DNA from: Candidatus Latescibacterota bacterium
Lineage (GTDB): Bacteria; Latescibacterota; UBA2968; UBA8231
Length of the DNA stretch: 64,000 nt
Assembly (NCBI GenBank): GCA_965221775.1
Contig: CBDCSU010000005.1
Span: 992,001 to 1,056,000, forward strand
Direction of reading: 5' to 3'
Part shown: positions 20,049 through 29,801 of the stretch, piece by piece
Layout: each line of letters opens with the position of its first letter
How positions within the stretch are numbered: the stretch's first letter is position 1
Notes under the pieces: model-generated
Databases searched by the model: none
What the model was told of the DNA's origin: nothing
Seen by the model: only the letters and a program-made list of their open reading frames with translations
Position numbers and translations under genes: made by a program

Positions 20049-21107
20049 ATGTACAACAACCTCCTCCGACTCTCCGCCGCGGCCCTGGCTCTCCTGGCCG
20101 CCGCCTGCGGCGACACGCCCACCGAGCCGACGGCCCCGGCGCCGGCGGGGCCGCCTCCCTCTTTCACCGCCCTCCGCGTCGAGGAGAACCGCATCGTCGA
20201 CGCCGATGGCGCCGACGTGGTCCTGCGGGGGGTGGCCGTCGTCGACCCGCTGGTGGGCCGGGGATACCGCCACTCCACCCGGCTCGGCGAGCAGGAGCTG
20301 GAGACCCTGGCGCGCGAGTGGAGGGCCGGCATCGTGCGCGTGCCCATGCATCCGGACCTGATGTCCAACCACCCGGACTATCTGCGGGAGTTCGTCGACC
20401 CCTTGGTCAACTGGGCCGGGGAGCAGCGGCTCTACCTGCTGCTGGGCTACCACGCCCACGGCAACCCGCTCACCGGCGCGGTGGAGGAGACCCCCTGGGG
20501 CTTCGATCCCCCCTGGCGGGGGAACCCCTACAACCCCGACCTCGAGCTGGCCCTCGCCTCCCTGACCGAGATCGCCGCCCGCTACCGGGACAGGCCCTGG
20601 GTGCTCTACAGCGTCTTCAACGAGCCGGCCTTCATCTCCTGGAGCGAGTGGCGGCCGGTGGCCGAGCGCCTCGTCGACGCGGTGCGGGACGAGCACCCCG
20701 GCGCCCTGGTCCTGGTCTCGGGGGTCAACTGGGCCAGCGAGCTGGACGGCGCCCTCGCCGACCCGGTGCGCCGGGAGGGCATCGTTTACGAGATCCACCC
20801 CTATCCCTGGGTGGGCGAGTCCTGGAAGCGGGTGGTCACCGAGCTGTCCATGACCCACCCGGTCTTCCTCGGCGAGTGGGGCTTCGGCGACGAGCACCCG
20901 GCGAGCGAGCGCAACTACGGCGAGGCCCTGGTGGGCTACTGCGAGGAGATGGGCCTCGGCTGGACCGCCTGGATCTGGGACCACTCCTGGACGCCGAGCA
21001 TGTTCACCTCGCGCAGCCGCTCGCGGCTGACGCCCTTCGGCGCCCTGGTGAGGCGGTCCCTGGCGCCCGCCAGGCCGCTGTCACTCCTCGTCCTCGGAGA
21101 CGGGTAG
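20049..21107 (+). CDS. Glycoside hydrolase family 5 lipoprotein
   Basis: Lipobox LLAAAC, catalytic motifs FNEP and LGEWG, WTAWIW. Confidence 0.85.
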   Translation: MYNNLLRLSAAALALLAAACGDTPTEPTAPAPAGPPPSFTALRVEENRIVDADGADVVLRGVAVVDPLVGRGYRHSTRLGEQELETLAREWRAGIVRVPMHPDLMSNHPDYLREFVDPLVNWAGEQRLYLLLGYHAHGNPLTGAVEETPWGFDPPWRGNPYNPDLELALASLTEIAARYRDRPWVLYSVFNEPAFISWSEWRPVAERLVDAVRDEHPGALVLVSGVNWASELDGALADPVRREGIVYEIHPYPWVGESWKRVVTELSMTHPVFLGEWGFGDEHPASERNYGEALVGYCEEMGLGWTAWIWDHSWTPSMFTSRSRSRLTPFGALVRRSLAPARPLSLLVLGDG

Positions 21108-21635
21108 CCGCCTCAGGACGAAGGTCGCGCCCTCGAAGAGATCCCCCGGGGGCGCCGACGCCAGAAACGAGAGCAGGCTGTCGGTGGAGCTGGCCACCAC
21201 CACGTCCGTATCCTCCTCCTTCCGGCGGACCTCCCCGCGCAGCCGCCCCTCGCCGACGGCGCGGGCAAAGGCGTCGGTGGCCTCGCCGTGGACGACGACA
21301 TCGCCGTTCTCCGCGAAGTCGTAGGCGAGCAGGTCGTACTCCTCCTCCCCTTCCTCGCGGAGGCTCACGTAGCGGCCCTCTCCGGCCCGGGCGACGATGA
21401 ACTCGCAGCGCCGGAGGCGGAACTCGCCGCCGTGCCAGTCGATGGCGGCCAGCCTCCCCACGCCGTCGTCGCCGAACCTCAGGTGGACGATCTCGTCCTC
21501 CACGAGCCACATCCCCTCCAGCCGCTCCTTGTCCAGGGCCTCGGGATCGGCGCTCACCGGGTGCTCCGTCTTCACCGAGGAGCAGCCGGCGGCGAATACC
21601 GCCAGAATCGCCAGCCACCGCGCGTGCGTGCTCAT
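21081..21635 (-). CDS. Hypothetical lipoprotein
   Basis: Lipobox FAAGC. GC3-rich codon usage. Confidence 0.6.
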   Translation of the reverse strand: MSTHARWLAILAVFAAGCSSVKTEHPVSADPEALDKERLEGMWLVEDEIVHLRFGDDGVGRLAAIDWHGGEFRLRRCEFIVARAGEGRYVSLREEGEEEYDLLAYDFAENGDVVVHGEATDAFARAVGEGRLRGEVRRKEEDTDVVVASSTDSLLSFLASAPPGDLFEGATFVLRRLPVSEDEE

Positions 21636-21712
21636 GTCACCCCCTCCTCTTTTTTCCATATTCCCCTGCCTGTCCTGTCATCTTGGACGCCTCAATCCCG
21701 CGGGGGGATTCC

Positions 21713-22498
21713 GTGAGCTGGGAGACCGAGACGACCGTCACCGACGAGCAGGTCCGCTTCTACCGGGACAGGGGCTACCTGACCTTCGGCCGGATCTTCA
21801 CCGAGGCGGAGCTGGCCGACCTGGGCGGCTACGTGGACGGCCTGATCGCCGCCCTGCCTCCGGACCGGCGCCCCGAGTCCCTCGACGTGCCCCACTTCGC
21901 GCATCCCTACCTCTTCCGCTACCTCGCACACCGGCGGGTGCTCGACGTGATCGAGCGCTTCGTCGGCCCCGACATCGTCCTCTGGTCCAGCCACTTCATC
22001 AGCAAGCGCGAGGACGACGGCCTCGCCGTGCCCTGGCACCAGGACGGCGTCTACTGGGGGGACCGGCTCGACCCCATGGAGGTGATCACCATGTGGCTGG
22101 CCGTCGACGAGTCCCGCGCCGACAACGGCTGCATGCGGGTCGTGTCCGGCAGCCACCGCCGGCGCGGGCTGCGCTACGAGGCGATCCAGAAGGAGGGCTA
22201 CCTCTTCGGCCGCGAGGTGGAGGCCGGCGAGATCGACGAAGCCGACATCGTCGACCTGGAGCTGGCCGCCGGCGAGTGCCACTTCCACGACGCCTTCACC
22301 CTCCACGCCTCCAACGCCAACCGCTCGGACCGCCGGCGGTGCGGGTACACCATGCGCTACTGCCCCGCCCACGTGCGCCACGCCGACAACGACGACCGCC
22401 CCGGGCGCCACCAGATCTACCTGGTGCGCGGCCATGACCGCACCGGCGGCCACAACCTCTACACACCGGTACCCGCCATCGAACAGAGGACCACATGA
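21713..22498 (+). CDS. PhyH-family dioxygenase
   Basis: WHQD, NGCMRVVSGSH and HDAFTLHAS.ANRS.RRR motifs. Confidence 0.9.
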   Translation: MSWETETTVTDEQVRFYRDRGYLTFGRIFTEAELADLGGYVDGLIAALPPDRRPESLDVPHFAHPYLFRYLAHRRVLDVIERFVGPDIVLWSSHFISKREDDGLAVPWHQDGVYWGDRLDPMEVITMWLAVDESRADNGCMRVVSGSHRRRGLRYEAIQKEGYLFGREVEAGEIDEADIVDLELAAGECHFHDAFTLHASNANRSDRRRCGYTMRYCPAHVRHADNDDRPGRHQIYLVRGHDRTGGHNLYTPVPAIEQRTT

Positions 22499-23340
22499 GC
22501 CAGACCCCCCTGCGCATTCTCGTCGTCGTCGCCCATCCCCACGACTTCACCCACTGCGCCGCCACCTGCGGCATCCACGCCGCCCGCGGCGACTCGGTCA
22601 CCGTGGTCACCGTCACCAGCGGCGCCCGCACCCACAACGAGCGCCTCCACGACGAGCTGCTCAAGCCCGAGTCCGAGCGCGACCCCGCGGTCCTGGCCCA
22701 GGGCCCTGAGGAGTACGCCCGCATCAAGGCCGACGAGGTGCGCAGCGTCTGCGGCCTCTTCGGGGTCACCGACGTGCGCATCCTGCAGTGGCCCCAGCCC
22801 TTCCGCCTGGAGAGCAGCCCCGGCGCCGTCGACGAGCTCAGACGGATCTTCCACGACGTGCGCCCCCACGTGCTGATCACCCAGAAGCCCTACTACGACG
22901 CCCGCCACGGCATGGCCAACATGACCCGCGACGACCACGGCGAGACGGCGATCGCCGTGCTCGAGGCCAAGGGACTGGCGGCGATGCCCGACCACGAGAC
23001 CCGCGAGCGGCCCCACACGGTGGCGGCGACCTTCTACCTCGGCATCTACTTCACGCGCGAGGAGATCGACTTCTACGTGGACATCTCCGAGTGGCGCGAC
23101 AAGCGGGTGCAGGCGGAGACCCTCTTCGCCAGCCAGGGCCAGTTCGAGGAGTTCGCCCGCAAGCGGGTGGAGATCGGCGCCGGCACCGCCGGCTGGTACG
23201 CCCAGGTCGCCTACGCCGAGGGCTTCGTCCGCGCCGAGGCCGAGACCCTGGGCGAGCTGCGCGTGCCCGAGCTGGCCCTGCTGCGGGCCGAGGAGCCGCG
23301 CCAGGAGAGTCTCCGGCGCAAGTCCGGGCTGCCGGCATGA
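22495..23340 (+). CDS. PIG-L/LmbE-family deacetylase
   Basis: VVAHPHD, VTSG, RPHVLIT, DDH, VDIS and YAEGF motifs. Confidence 0.75.
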   Translation: MSQTPLRILVVVAHPHDFTHCAATCGIHAARGDSVTVVTVTSGARTHNERLHDELLKPESERDPAVLAQGPEEYARIKADEVRSVCGLFGVTDVRILQWPQPFRLESSPGAVDELRRIFHDVRPHVLITQKPYYDARHGMANMTRDDHGETAIAVLEAKGLAAMPDHETRERPHTVAATFYLGIYFTREEIDFYVDISEWRDKRVQAETLFASQGQFEEFARKRVEIGAGTAGWYAQVAYAEGFVRAEAETLGELRVPELALLRAEEPRQESLRRKSGLPA

Positions 23341-23422
23341 GGCGGGCTCCGGACCCGGAACTTCCATAGCCTCCCGGGCGACTGACAACGTACGCGGGCA
23401 ACTCATTCAGACTGGACGGAGC

Positions 23423-24784
23423 ATGAGCGACCACAAGAAGCCCCATCCCGAGCTGGCGCGGTTCATGGAGGGCCTGGAGGTGCGCAACCCCGGCGAGGAG
23501 GAGTTCCACCAGGCCGTGGGCGAGGTGGCCGAGACGCTGCTGCCCTACATCGACCGAAATCCCGCCTACCGGGAGTACCGCATCCTCGAGCGCATGACCG
23601 AGCCGGACCGGATCGTCTCCTTCCGCGTCTCCTGGCGGGACGACGCCGGCGAGATCCGCGTCAACCGCGGCTACCGCGTGCAGATGAACAACGCCATCGG
23701 CCCCTACAAGGGAGGCCTGCGGTTCTCGCACACGGTGACGCCGAGCGTGCTCAAGTTCCTGGCCTTCGAGCAGACCTTCAAGAACAGCCTCACGGGCCTG
23801 CCCATGGGCGCCGGCAAGGGGGGCGCCAACTTCAACCCGAGGGGCAAGTCGGACGACGAGGTGATGCGGTTCTGCCAGGCCTTCATGACCGAGCTCTACC
23901 GCCACGTCGGGCCCAACGTCGACGTGCCCGCCGGCGACATCGGCGTCGGCGCGCGCGAGATCGGCTTCATGTTCGGCCAGTACAAGCGCATCACCGGCAC
24001 CTTCGAGGGCGTGCTCACCGGCAAGGGGCTCGAGTTCGGGGGCAGCCTGATCCGCACCGAGGCCACCGGGTACGGCGCGGTGCTGTTCCTCAAGCACATG
24101 CTCGCCGAGCGCGGCGAGGGGATCGAGGGACTGCGCGCCAACATCTCCGGCTCGGGCAACGTCTCCCTCCACGCCGCCGAGAAGGTGCTCCAGCTCGGCG
24201 GCCAGGTGCAGACCCTGTCCGACTCCGGGGGCTTCGTCCACGACCCCGACGGCATCGACGAGGAGAAGCTCGCCTTCCTCAAGGACCTCAAGGAGGTCCG
24301 CCGCGGGCGCATCTCCGAGTACGCCGACGAGTATCCCAACGCCGCCTTCCACGCCGGGGCCCGCCCCTGGGGCGTGCCCTGCGACGTGGCCCTGCCGTGC
24401 GCCACGCAGAACGAGCTGTCGGGTGACGACGCCGCGGCGCTGATCGGCCACGGCGTGCGCGCCGTCTGCGAGGGCGCCAACATGCCGAGCGAGGCGGACG
24501 CGGTGGAGCGGTTCCGGGAGGCCGGCGTGCTCTTTGGCCCGGCGAAGGCGGCCAACGCCGGTGGCGTCGCCGTCTCCGGCCTGGAGATGAGCCAGAACTC
24601 GGCCCGCCTGTCGTGGACCCTCCACGACATGGAGAGCCAGCTGGAGCAGATCATGGCCGACATCCACGGCCGCTGCGCCGAGCACGGCCGCGGCGAGGAC
24701 GGAACCATCGACTACCTGGCGGGCGCCAACATCGCCGGCTTCCGCAAGGTCGCCGACGCCATGCTCGCCTTCGGCGTCGTCTGA
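23423..24784 (+). CDS. gdhA: NADP-specific glutamate dehydrogenase
   Basis: GPYKGGLRF, KNSLTGLPMGAGKGG, DVPAGDIGVG, RTEATGYG and KAANAGGVAVS motifs. Confidence 0.96.
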   Translation: MSDHKKPHPELARFMEGLEVRNPGEEEFHQAVGEVAETLLPYIDRNPAYREYRILERMTEPDRIVSFRVSWRDDAGEIRVNRGYRVQMNNAIGPYKGGLRFSHTVTPSVLKFLAFEQTFKNSLTGLPMGAGKGGANFNPRGKSDDEVMRFCQAFMTELYRHVGPNVDVPAGDIGVGAREIGFMFGQYKRITGTFEGVLTGKGLEFGGSLIRTEATGYGAVLFLKHMLAERGEGIEGLRANISGSGNVSLHAAEKVLQLGGQVQTLSDSGGFVHDPDGIDEEKLAFLKDLKEVRRGRISEYADEYPNAAFHAGARPWGVPCDVALPCATQNELSGDDAAALIGHGVRAVCEGANMPSEADAVERFREAGVLFGPAKAANAGGVAVSGLEMSQNSARLSWTLHDMESQLEQIMADIHGRCAEHGRGEDGTIDYLAGANIAGFRKVADAMLAFGVV

Positions 24785-24792
24785 GGAGGATC

Positions 24793-25902
24793 ATGGGTGA
24801 CCACACTTTGAGGGCCGCCGTCATCGGCGGCGGTCTCGGCGGCTACCACGGCTACGCCTATTCCCGCTCGCCGCGGTACGAGCTGGCGGCCGTCTGCGAC
24901 ATCGATCCCGCCGTCATTCCGCGCTTCTACGAGCGCGCCGAGGTCCCTCCAGGCGGCATCGGCGAGTACACCGACTACCGCCTCATGCTGGAGCGGGAAG
25001 ATCTCGACGTGGTCAGCGTCGCCACGCCCGATCACCTGCACGCCGACGCGGTCTGCCATGCCTCGGAGGCCGGCGTCCGGGGCATCCTCTGCGAGAAACC
25101 GCTGGCCACCACCCTGGAGGACGCCGACCGCATGGTCGCCGCCGTGGAGGCCAACGGCACCTGCCTCTCCGTCGACCACACCCGCAGCTGGATCCCGCGC
25201 TACCAGGAGATGCGGCAGGCGGTGCGCGACGGCGCCCTCGGCCACCTGACCCGCATCCTCGCCCACATGGGGGGCCGGCGGTCGATGCTGTTCCGCAACG
25301 GCACCCACCTCGTGGACGCGGTCTGCTACTTCGCCGAGGCGGAGCCCGTCTGGGTGATCGCCGCCCACGAACGCGGCTTCGAGGAGTACGGGCTGGTGTA
25401 CGACGGCAAGGGCGGCCGGGACCCGCAGTACGACCCGGGGTCCACGATCATCGTCGAGTTCGCCAACGGTGCCCGCGGCCTGATCAACAGCGCCAAGCTG
25501 ACGCCCCAGCTCTTCGAGTTCGACCTTCAGGGGCCGGAGGGCCGCATCGTCGTCAGCGACCAGCTCTGCCAGGTCTGGACCACCTCCGAGTCCCAGGGAG
25601 CCCTGGTCCCGGTCTCTTCCGAGACCGGCTCCGCCTACCCGGACCCCTTCGGGACCGCCCTGATCCCCGCGGTGGACGAGCTGGCGCAGATGATCGACGG
25701 GAAGGCCGAGAGCAGCTCGCCGGCCCGGAGAGCCCGCCACACCCTGGAGATCATGCTCGCCGCCCTGCACTCGCAGGCCCGGGGCAACGCCAGGATCGAC
25801 CTGCCCCTTCCGAGGGACCTGGACGATCTGCTGGAACAGGTGACGCCGGACAACCTTCATCCCGAGGTCGACAGCGGCCCGGCCCAGGGCAACGAGGTCT
25901 AG
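24793..25902 (+). CDS. Gfo/Idh/MocA oxidoreductase with a MazE-like C-terminal extension
   Basis: AVIGGG, SVATPDHLH, CEKPLA and GTHLVD motifs. ATG follows a GAGGAGG RBS. Confidence 0.88.
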   Translation: MGDHTLRAAVIGGGLGGYHGYAYSRSPRYELAAVCDIDPAVIPRFYERAEVPPGGIGEYTDYRLMLEREDLDVVSVATPDHLHADAVCHASEAGVRGILCEKPLATTLEDADRMVAAVEANGTCLSVDHTRSWIPRYQEMRQAVRDGALGHLTRILAHMGGRRSMLFRNGTHLVDAVCYFAEAEPVWVIAAHERGFEEYGLVYDGKGGRDPQYDPGSTIIVEFANGARGLINSAKLTPQLFEFDLQGPEGRIVVSDQLCQVWTTSESQGALVPVSSETGSAYPDPFGTALIPAVDELAQMIDGKAESSSPARRARHTLEIMLAALHSQARGNARIDLPLPRDLDDLLEQVTPDNLHPEVDSGPAQGNEV

Positions 25903-27222
25903 ATGAGCGCCACGCCCGCAGCCCTCGGCGGCACCCCCGCCGTGACCATCGACCAAGGTCCGTACGTGCAGTGGCCGATCTACACCGAGGAGGAGGTCGA
26001 GGCGGTGGCGGATCTCATCCGCCGCCACGCCCTCTCCAGCTCCCAGGGGGAAACGGGCCCGATCACCGAGCTGGAGGAGCGGGTCGCCGAGACCTGGGGC
26101 GTGCGCCATGCCCTGGCCCACTCCAGCGGCACGGCGGCCCTGCGCTCGGCCCTCTTCGGCGTCGGCGTGGTCCCCGGCGACGAGGTCATCTGCCAGTCGG
26201 CGGTCCATCCCTTCGGCTGCCTGCCGATCATCGGCTGCGGCGCCGTGCCGGTCTTCGCCGACATCGACCCGCTGACCATGACTCTCGACCCCGCGGACCT
26301 GGAGTCCAGGATCACCGAGCGGACCCGGGCGATCATGGTCGTCCACTGGAACGGGATCCCCGCCGACATGGACGCCATCATGGAAGTCGCCGGGCGCCGC
26401 GGCCTGAAGGTGGTGGAGGACTGCGCCGTCTCCCAGGGGACGACCCACCGCGGCCGCATGGGCGGGTCGATCGGGCACGCCTCGGCCCTCAGCTTCCAGC
26501 ACGGCAAGCTGACGTCGGCGGGCGAGGGCGGGGTCTTCCTGACCGACTCCGACGAGATCTACCAGCGCGCCGCCGCCCTCGGGCACTACGAGCGGCTGCG
26601 GGACCTGCCGGACCCCAGGTGGCGGGCGGTGAGCGGCTTCAGCTTCGGCGAGAAGTACCGCATGGCGACGCTCACCGCGGCGATCGGGGTGGTGCAGATG
26701 AAGCACTGGCGCGGGCGCATCGACCTGCGTCACGAGAACGCCGTCAGGCTGGGACGCGCCGTCGCCCGGATCGACGGTTTCGCCGCCCCGGACTTCCCGG
26801 ACTACTTCCCTTCGCCCTTCCACAGCGGGCGCGTCACCTTCCGGCCGCAGAAACTCGGGGGCATCACCCGCGAACGGCTGATCGAGGTCCTGAACGCCGA
26901 GGGCGCGCAGGTGACGTCGCCGGCCCGCAGGGACACCCGCATCCCCCACACCGACCTGCAGCGGATGCTCCACAAGCACCCGGTCTTCGCCGGCGACGAG
27001 CACGGGACGGAGCAGATCCTGTGGGAGGTCCTCGGCCCGGCGGTGAGACCGATCGACTACAAGAGTCTCACCCTCCCCGTCACCGAGGACCCGGAGGTCC
27101 CCTGCGACACGATCCAGCTGCCCGCCTTCACCCGCCCGGCGGAGGAGCTGATCGACCAGTACGCGCAGGCCTTCGCCAAGGTCGCCGCCCACGCCGGCCG
27201 GTTGGCGCAAGCCGGCGGGTGA
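25903..27222 (+). CDS. DegT/DnrJ/EryC1/StrS aminotransferase
   Basis: SSGTAAL, GDEVI, VVEDCA and SFQHGKLTSAGEGG motifs. Confidence 0.9.
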   Translation: MSATPAALGGTPAVTIDQGPYVQWPIYTEEEVEAVADLIRRHALSSSQGETGPITELEERVAETWGVRHALAHSSGTAALRSALFGVGVVPGDEVICQSAVHPFGCLPIIGCGAVPVFADIDPLTMTLDPADLESRITERTRAIMVVHWNGIPADMDAIMEVAGRRGLKVVEDCAVSQGTTHRGRMGGSIGHASALSFQHGKLTSAGEGGVFLTDSDEIYQRAAALGHYERLRDLPDPRWRAVSGFSFGEKYRMATLTAAIGVVQMKHWRGRIDLRHENAVRLGRAVARIDGFAAPDFPDYFPSPFHSGRVTFRPQKLGGITRERLIEVLNAEGAQVTSPARRDTRIPHTDLQRMLHKHPVFAGDEHGTEQILWEVLGPAVRPIDYKSLTLPVTEDPEVPCDTIQLPAFTRPAEELIDQYAQAFAKVAAHAGRLAQAGG

Positions 27223-28085
27223 TCGACTTCCACACCCACCTGGGCCACGGCGGCCGCACCCTCGACGGCGTGCGCCGCCACATCGACGCCCACGGCGGCG
27301 GCCTCTCCGTGCTCCTGCCCATCGAGGCGGGACCGACCTCGGCTCTGGGGGACGACGAGTCCTGGTCCACCCGCGGCGCCCTCGAGGCGCACGAGTCCTG
27401 CCCGCAGGAGACGATCCCCTTCGGCAATGTCGACCCCATGAGCCCGGACGCCCTCGAGCGGCTCCGGGCCCTGCACGAGGCCGGCGTCGTGAAGGGCTTC
27501 GGCGAGCAGAAGAACCGTCTGCCCGTCGACCACCCCCGGTGCCTGGAGATCTACCGCCTGTGCGGCGAGGTCGGCTGGCCGGTGCTGATCCACATGGACT
27601 ACACCGGCGTCTTCGGCTCCAACTTCCCGGCCCTGGAGACGGTGGTCCGCTCCCTGCCGGAGACGACCTTCATCGGCCACGCCATGGCCTGGTGGACGAA
27701 CATCAGCGCCGATGCCGTCACCGACCCGCGGGACCCGGACTTCGCCGACTATCCCGCGGGCCCGGTGAAGCCGGTGGGGCTCACCGACCGGATGCTGAGC
27801 GAGTGCCCCAACCTCTACTGCGACCTCTCGGCGCGCTCGGGCTACTGCGGCCTCCACAGGGACACCGACTTCGCGCGCGGCTTCCTCCGGCGCCACCGCT
27901 CGCGGCTGATCTGGGGCACCGACTGCCCCTGCATCGACGGGCGCGGCAACCTCCAGGACGGCAGCTACCGCCCCTGCCTGGCGGCGCTCATGCTGCCGCT
28001 CCTGCGCGACCTCTGCGAGTCGGAGGACCACTTCGACGACATCACCCACGACAACGGAGCGAGGCTCCTCGGCCTCGTGACGTAG
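27219..28085 (+). CDS. Amidohydrolase family protein (Amidohydro_2)
   Basis: IDFHTH, PVLIH, FIGHA, YCDLS and WGTD motifs. GTGA overlap with the upstream gene. Confidence 0.85.
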   Translation: MIDFHTHLGHGGRTLDGVRRHIDAHGGGLSVLLPIEAGPTSALGDDESWSTRGALEAHESCPQETIPFGNVDPMSPDALERLRALHEAGVVKGFGEQKNRLPVDHPRCLEIYRLCGEVGWPVLIHMDYTGVFGSNFPALETVVRSLPETTFIGHAMAWWTNISADAVTDPRDPDFADYPAGPVKPVGLTDRMLSECPNLYCDLSARSGYCGLHRDTDFARGFLRRHRSRLIWGTDCPCIDGRGNLQDGSYRPCLAALMLPLLRDLCESEDHFDDITHDNGARLLGLVT

Positions 28086-28099
28086 CAAGGAGATTCGCC

Positions 28100-28507
28100 A
28101 TGCCGAGATTCAGGGTTCCCCAGCCGGAAGGGGTCCACGCACCGCCCGGCAAGTACTCCCACGCCGCCAGGGTCGAGGGCCCCCTGATCGTGGTGGCGGG
28201 ACAAGTCGCCACCGACATCGACGGAGAGCTGGTCGGCGCCGACGACGCCGCCGCCCAGACGCGGCAGATCTTCCGCAACATGGAAGCCGTCCTCGCCGGC
28301 GCGGGTTCGTCCTTCGCCGACGTGGTGGAGTTCACCTACTACATCGTGGGCCGCGAGAACCTTCAGGGCTTCATGGACGCTCGGACCGCCGTGTTCGACG
28401 AGGTCTACCCGGAGGGCGACTACCCGCCGGCGACCCTGCTGGTGGTGGGCGGACTGGCGAACGAGGACTTCCTGGTGGAGGTCTCGGCCCTCGCAGCGCC
28501 GTCCTGA
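28100..28507 (+). CDS. RidA/YjgF family protein
   Basis: YSHA, VAGQV, QTRQIFRN and PPATLLVVGGL..LVEV motifs. Confidence 0.88.
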   Translation: MPRFRVPQPEGVHAPPGKYSHAARVEGPLIVVAGQVATDIDGELVGADDAAAQTRQIFRNMEAVLAGAGSSFADVVEFTYYIVGRENLQGFMDARTAVFDEVYPEGDYPPATLLVVGGLANEDFLVEVSALAAPS

Positions 28508-28521
28508 GCCGCGGGGACACC

Positions 28522-29079
28522 GTGCCGACGCTGCCGCGGGACGTGATCCTGGTGCGCCACTGCCGGGCCGCGGGCCAGGAGCCGGAGGCCGCCCTGACCG
28601 ACGAAGGCCTCGCCCAGGCTGAAGAGCTGTCCCGGTTCCTGTCGGACCGGGAGATCGACTTCCTCGCCGCCAGCGGTTTCCGCCGGGCCCGGCAGAGCCT
28701 CGAGCCGTACGCGGCCAAGGCGGCCCTGCCCATCCACATCGACCGCCGCTTCAACGAGCGGACCCTGTCGGCCGAGCCCCTCGAGAACTGGCAGGCCGTC
28801 GTGCGCGACTCCTTCGACGACCCGGACCTGCGCGCCCCCGGGGGCGAGTCGGCGCGGGAAGTGCTGCATCGCGCCTGGGCGGGGCTGGACGAGGTGCTTG
28901 GAGGAGGACACGCTCTGCCCCTGGTCGTCACCCACGGCAACCTGATGGCCCTGGTCCTGCACTCCCTGGATCCCGCCTTCGGCTACGAGGGGTGGAAGTC
29001 GCTGACCAACCCCGACGTGTACCTGCTGAGGGAAGAGTGGCCGGGGGCGTGGTCCTTCGAAAGGCTGTGGCCGGCATAG
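28522..29079 (+). CDS. Histidine phosphatase family protein
   Basis: LVRHC, LTDEGLAQA, RARQS, GGES and VTHG motifs. Confidence 0.85.
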   Translation: MPTLPRDVILVRHCRAAGQEPEAALTDEGLAQAEELSRFLSDREIDFLAASGFRRARQSLEPYAAKAALPIHIDRRFNERTLSAEPLENWQAVVRDSFDDPDLRAPGGESAREVLHRAWAGLDEVLGGGHALPLVVTHGNLMALVLHSLDPAFGYEGWKSLTNPDVYLLREEWPGAWSFERLWPA

Positions 29080-29092
29080 CTTCATGGGAACG

Positions 29093-29220
29093 GATGCGCC
29101 GGGTTCATGGGCAGCCCCAACCTGCGGACCCCGCATCCTGAACCGGCTGGCCGAGGGCGGGATCTGCTTCGAGAACCGCCTCCTGCGCCTCCCCGTCGGC
29201 TCGCCCGAGCGAGCTGGCTC
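29093..29220 (+). pseudogene. Degenerate sulfatase N-terminal remnant
   Basis: Read across indels it gives G-FMGSPNLRTPH-LNRLAEGGICFEN-..CASPV.S.SRA, the typical sulfatase N-terminus. Confidence 0.55.
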
Positions 29221-29329
29221 ACGGCCTCTATCTCCACCCCGGAAAGAGAGGCGTGGTGCCTGGACGGATGAGGTTGGGCGGCGGCGGCGCTGTGCCGGAC
29301 CCGGCAGCGGTCAGGGCAGCCGTCGGGTC

Positions 29330-29797
29330 CTAGTACACGACTCGGTCCGCCTTCTCCCGCCACTCCCGGAAGACGGCCAACGCCTCCTCCCGCAGCAGCT
29401 GCCGGGAGGGGATCCGCCGCTCGGCCGGCGGCCGCTTCAGTTCCTGGTGCATGACCTCGTCGTCGAAGCCGATCTCCGCGGCGTCTTCCGAGGTGCACGC
29501 AAACCAGATCCTCTCGATCCTGGCCCAGTAGATGGCGCCCAGGCACATGGGGCAGGGCTCGCAGCTGGCGTAGATCTCGCATCCTTCGAGATGGACGGAG
29601 TCGAGCCGGGAGGCCGCCCTGCGGATGGCCACGACCTCGGCGTGGGCCGTGGGGTCCTTGCCGGCGAGGACCTCGTTGTACCCCTCGGAGATGATCTCTC
29701 CGTCCTTGACGACGACCGCCCCGAAAGGCCCGCCTTCCCCCGCCCGCATGTGGGTGCGCCCGAGCTCGATGGCCCTGACCATGAATTCCTGGTTCAT
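29330..29797 (-). CDS. Nucleoside/guanine deaminase (cytidine deaminase superfamily)
   Basis: GGPFGAVVV, DPTAHAE and CEPCPMC motifs. Confidence 0.9.
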   Translation of the reverse strand: MNQEFMVRAIELGRTHMRAGEGGPFGAVVVKDGEIISEGYNEVLAGKDPTAHAEVVAIRRAASRLDSVHLEGCEIYASCEPCPMCLGAIYWARIERIWFACTSEDAAEIGFDDEVMHQELKRPPAERRIPSRQLLREEALAVFREWREKADRVVY

Positions 29798-29801
29798 CCA
29801 G

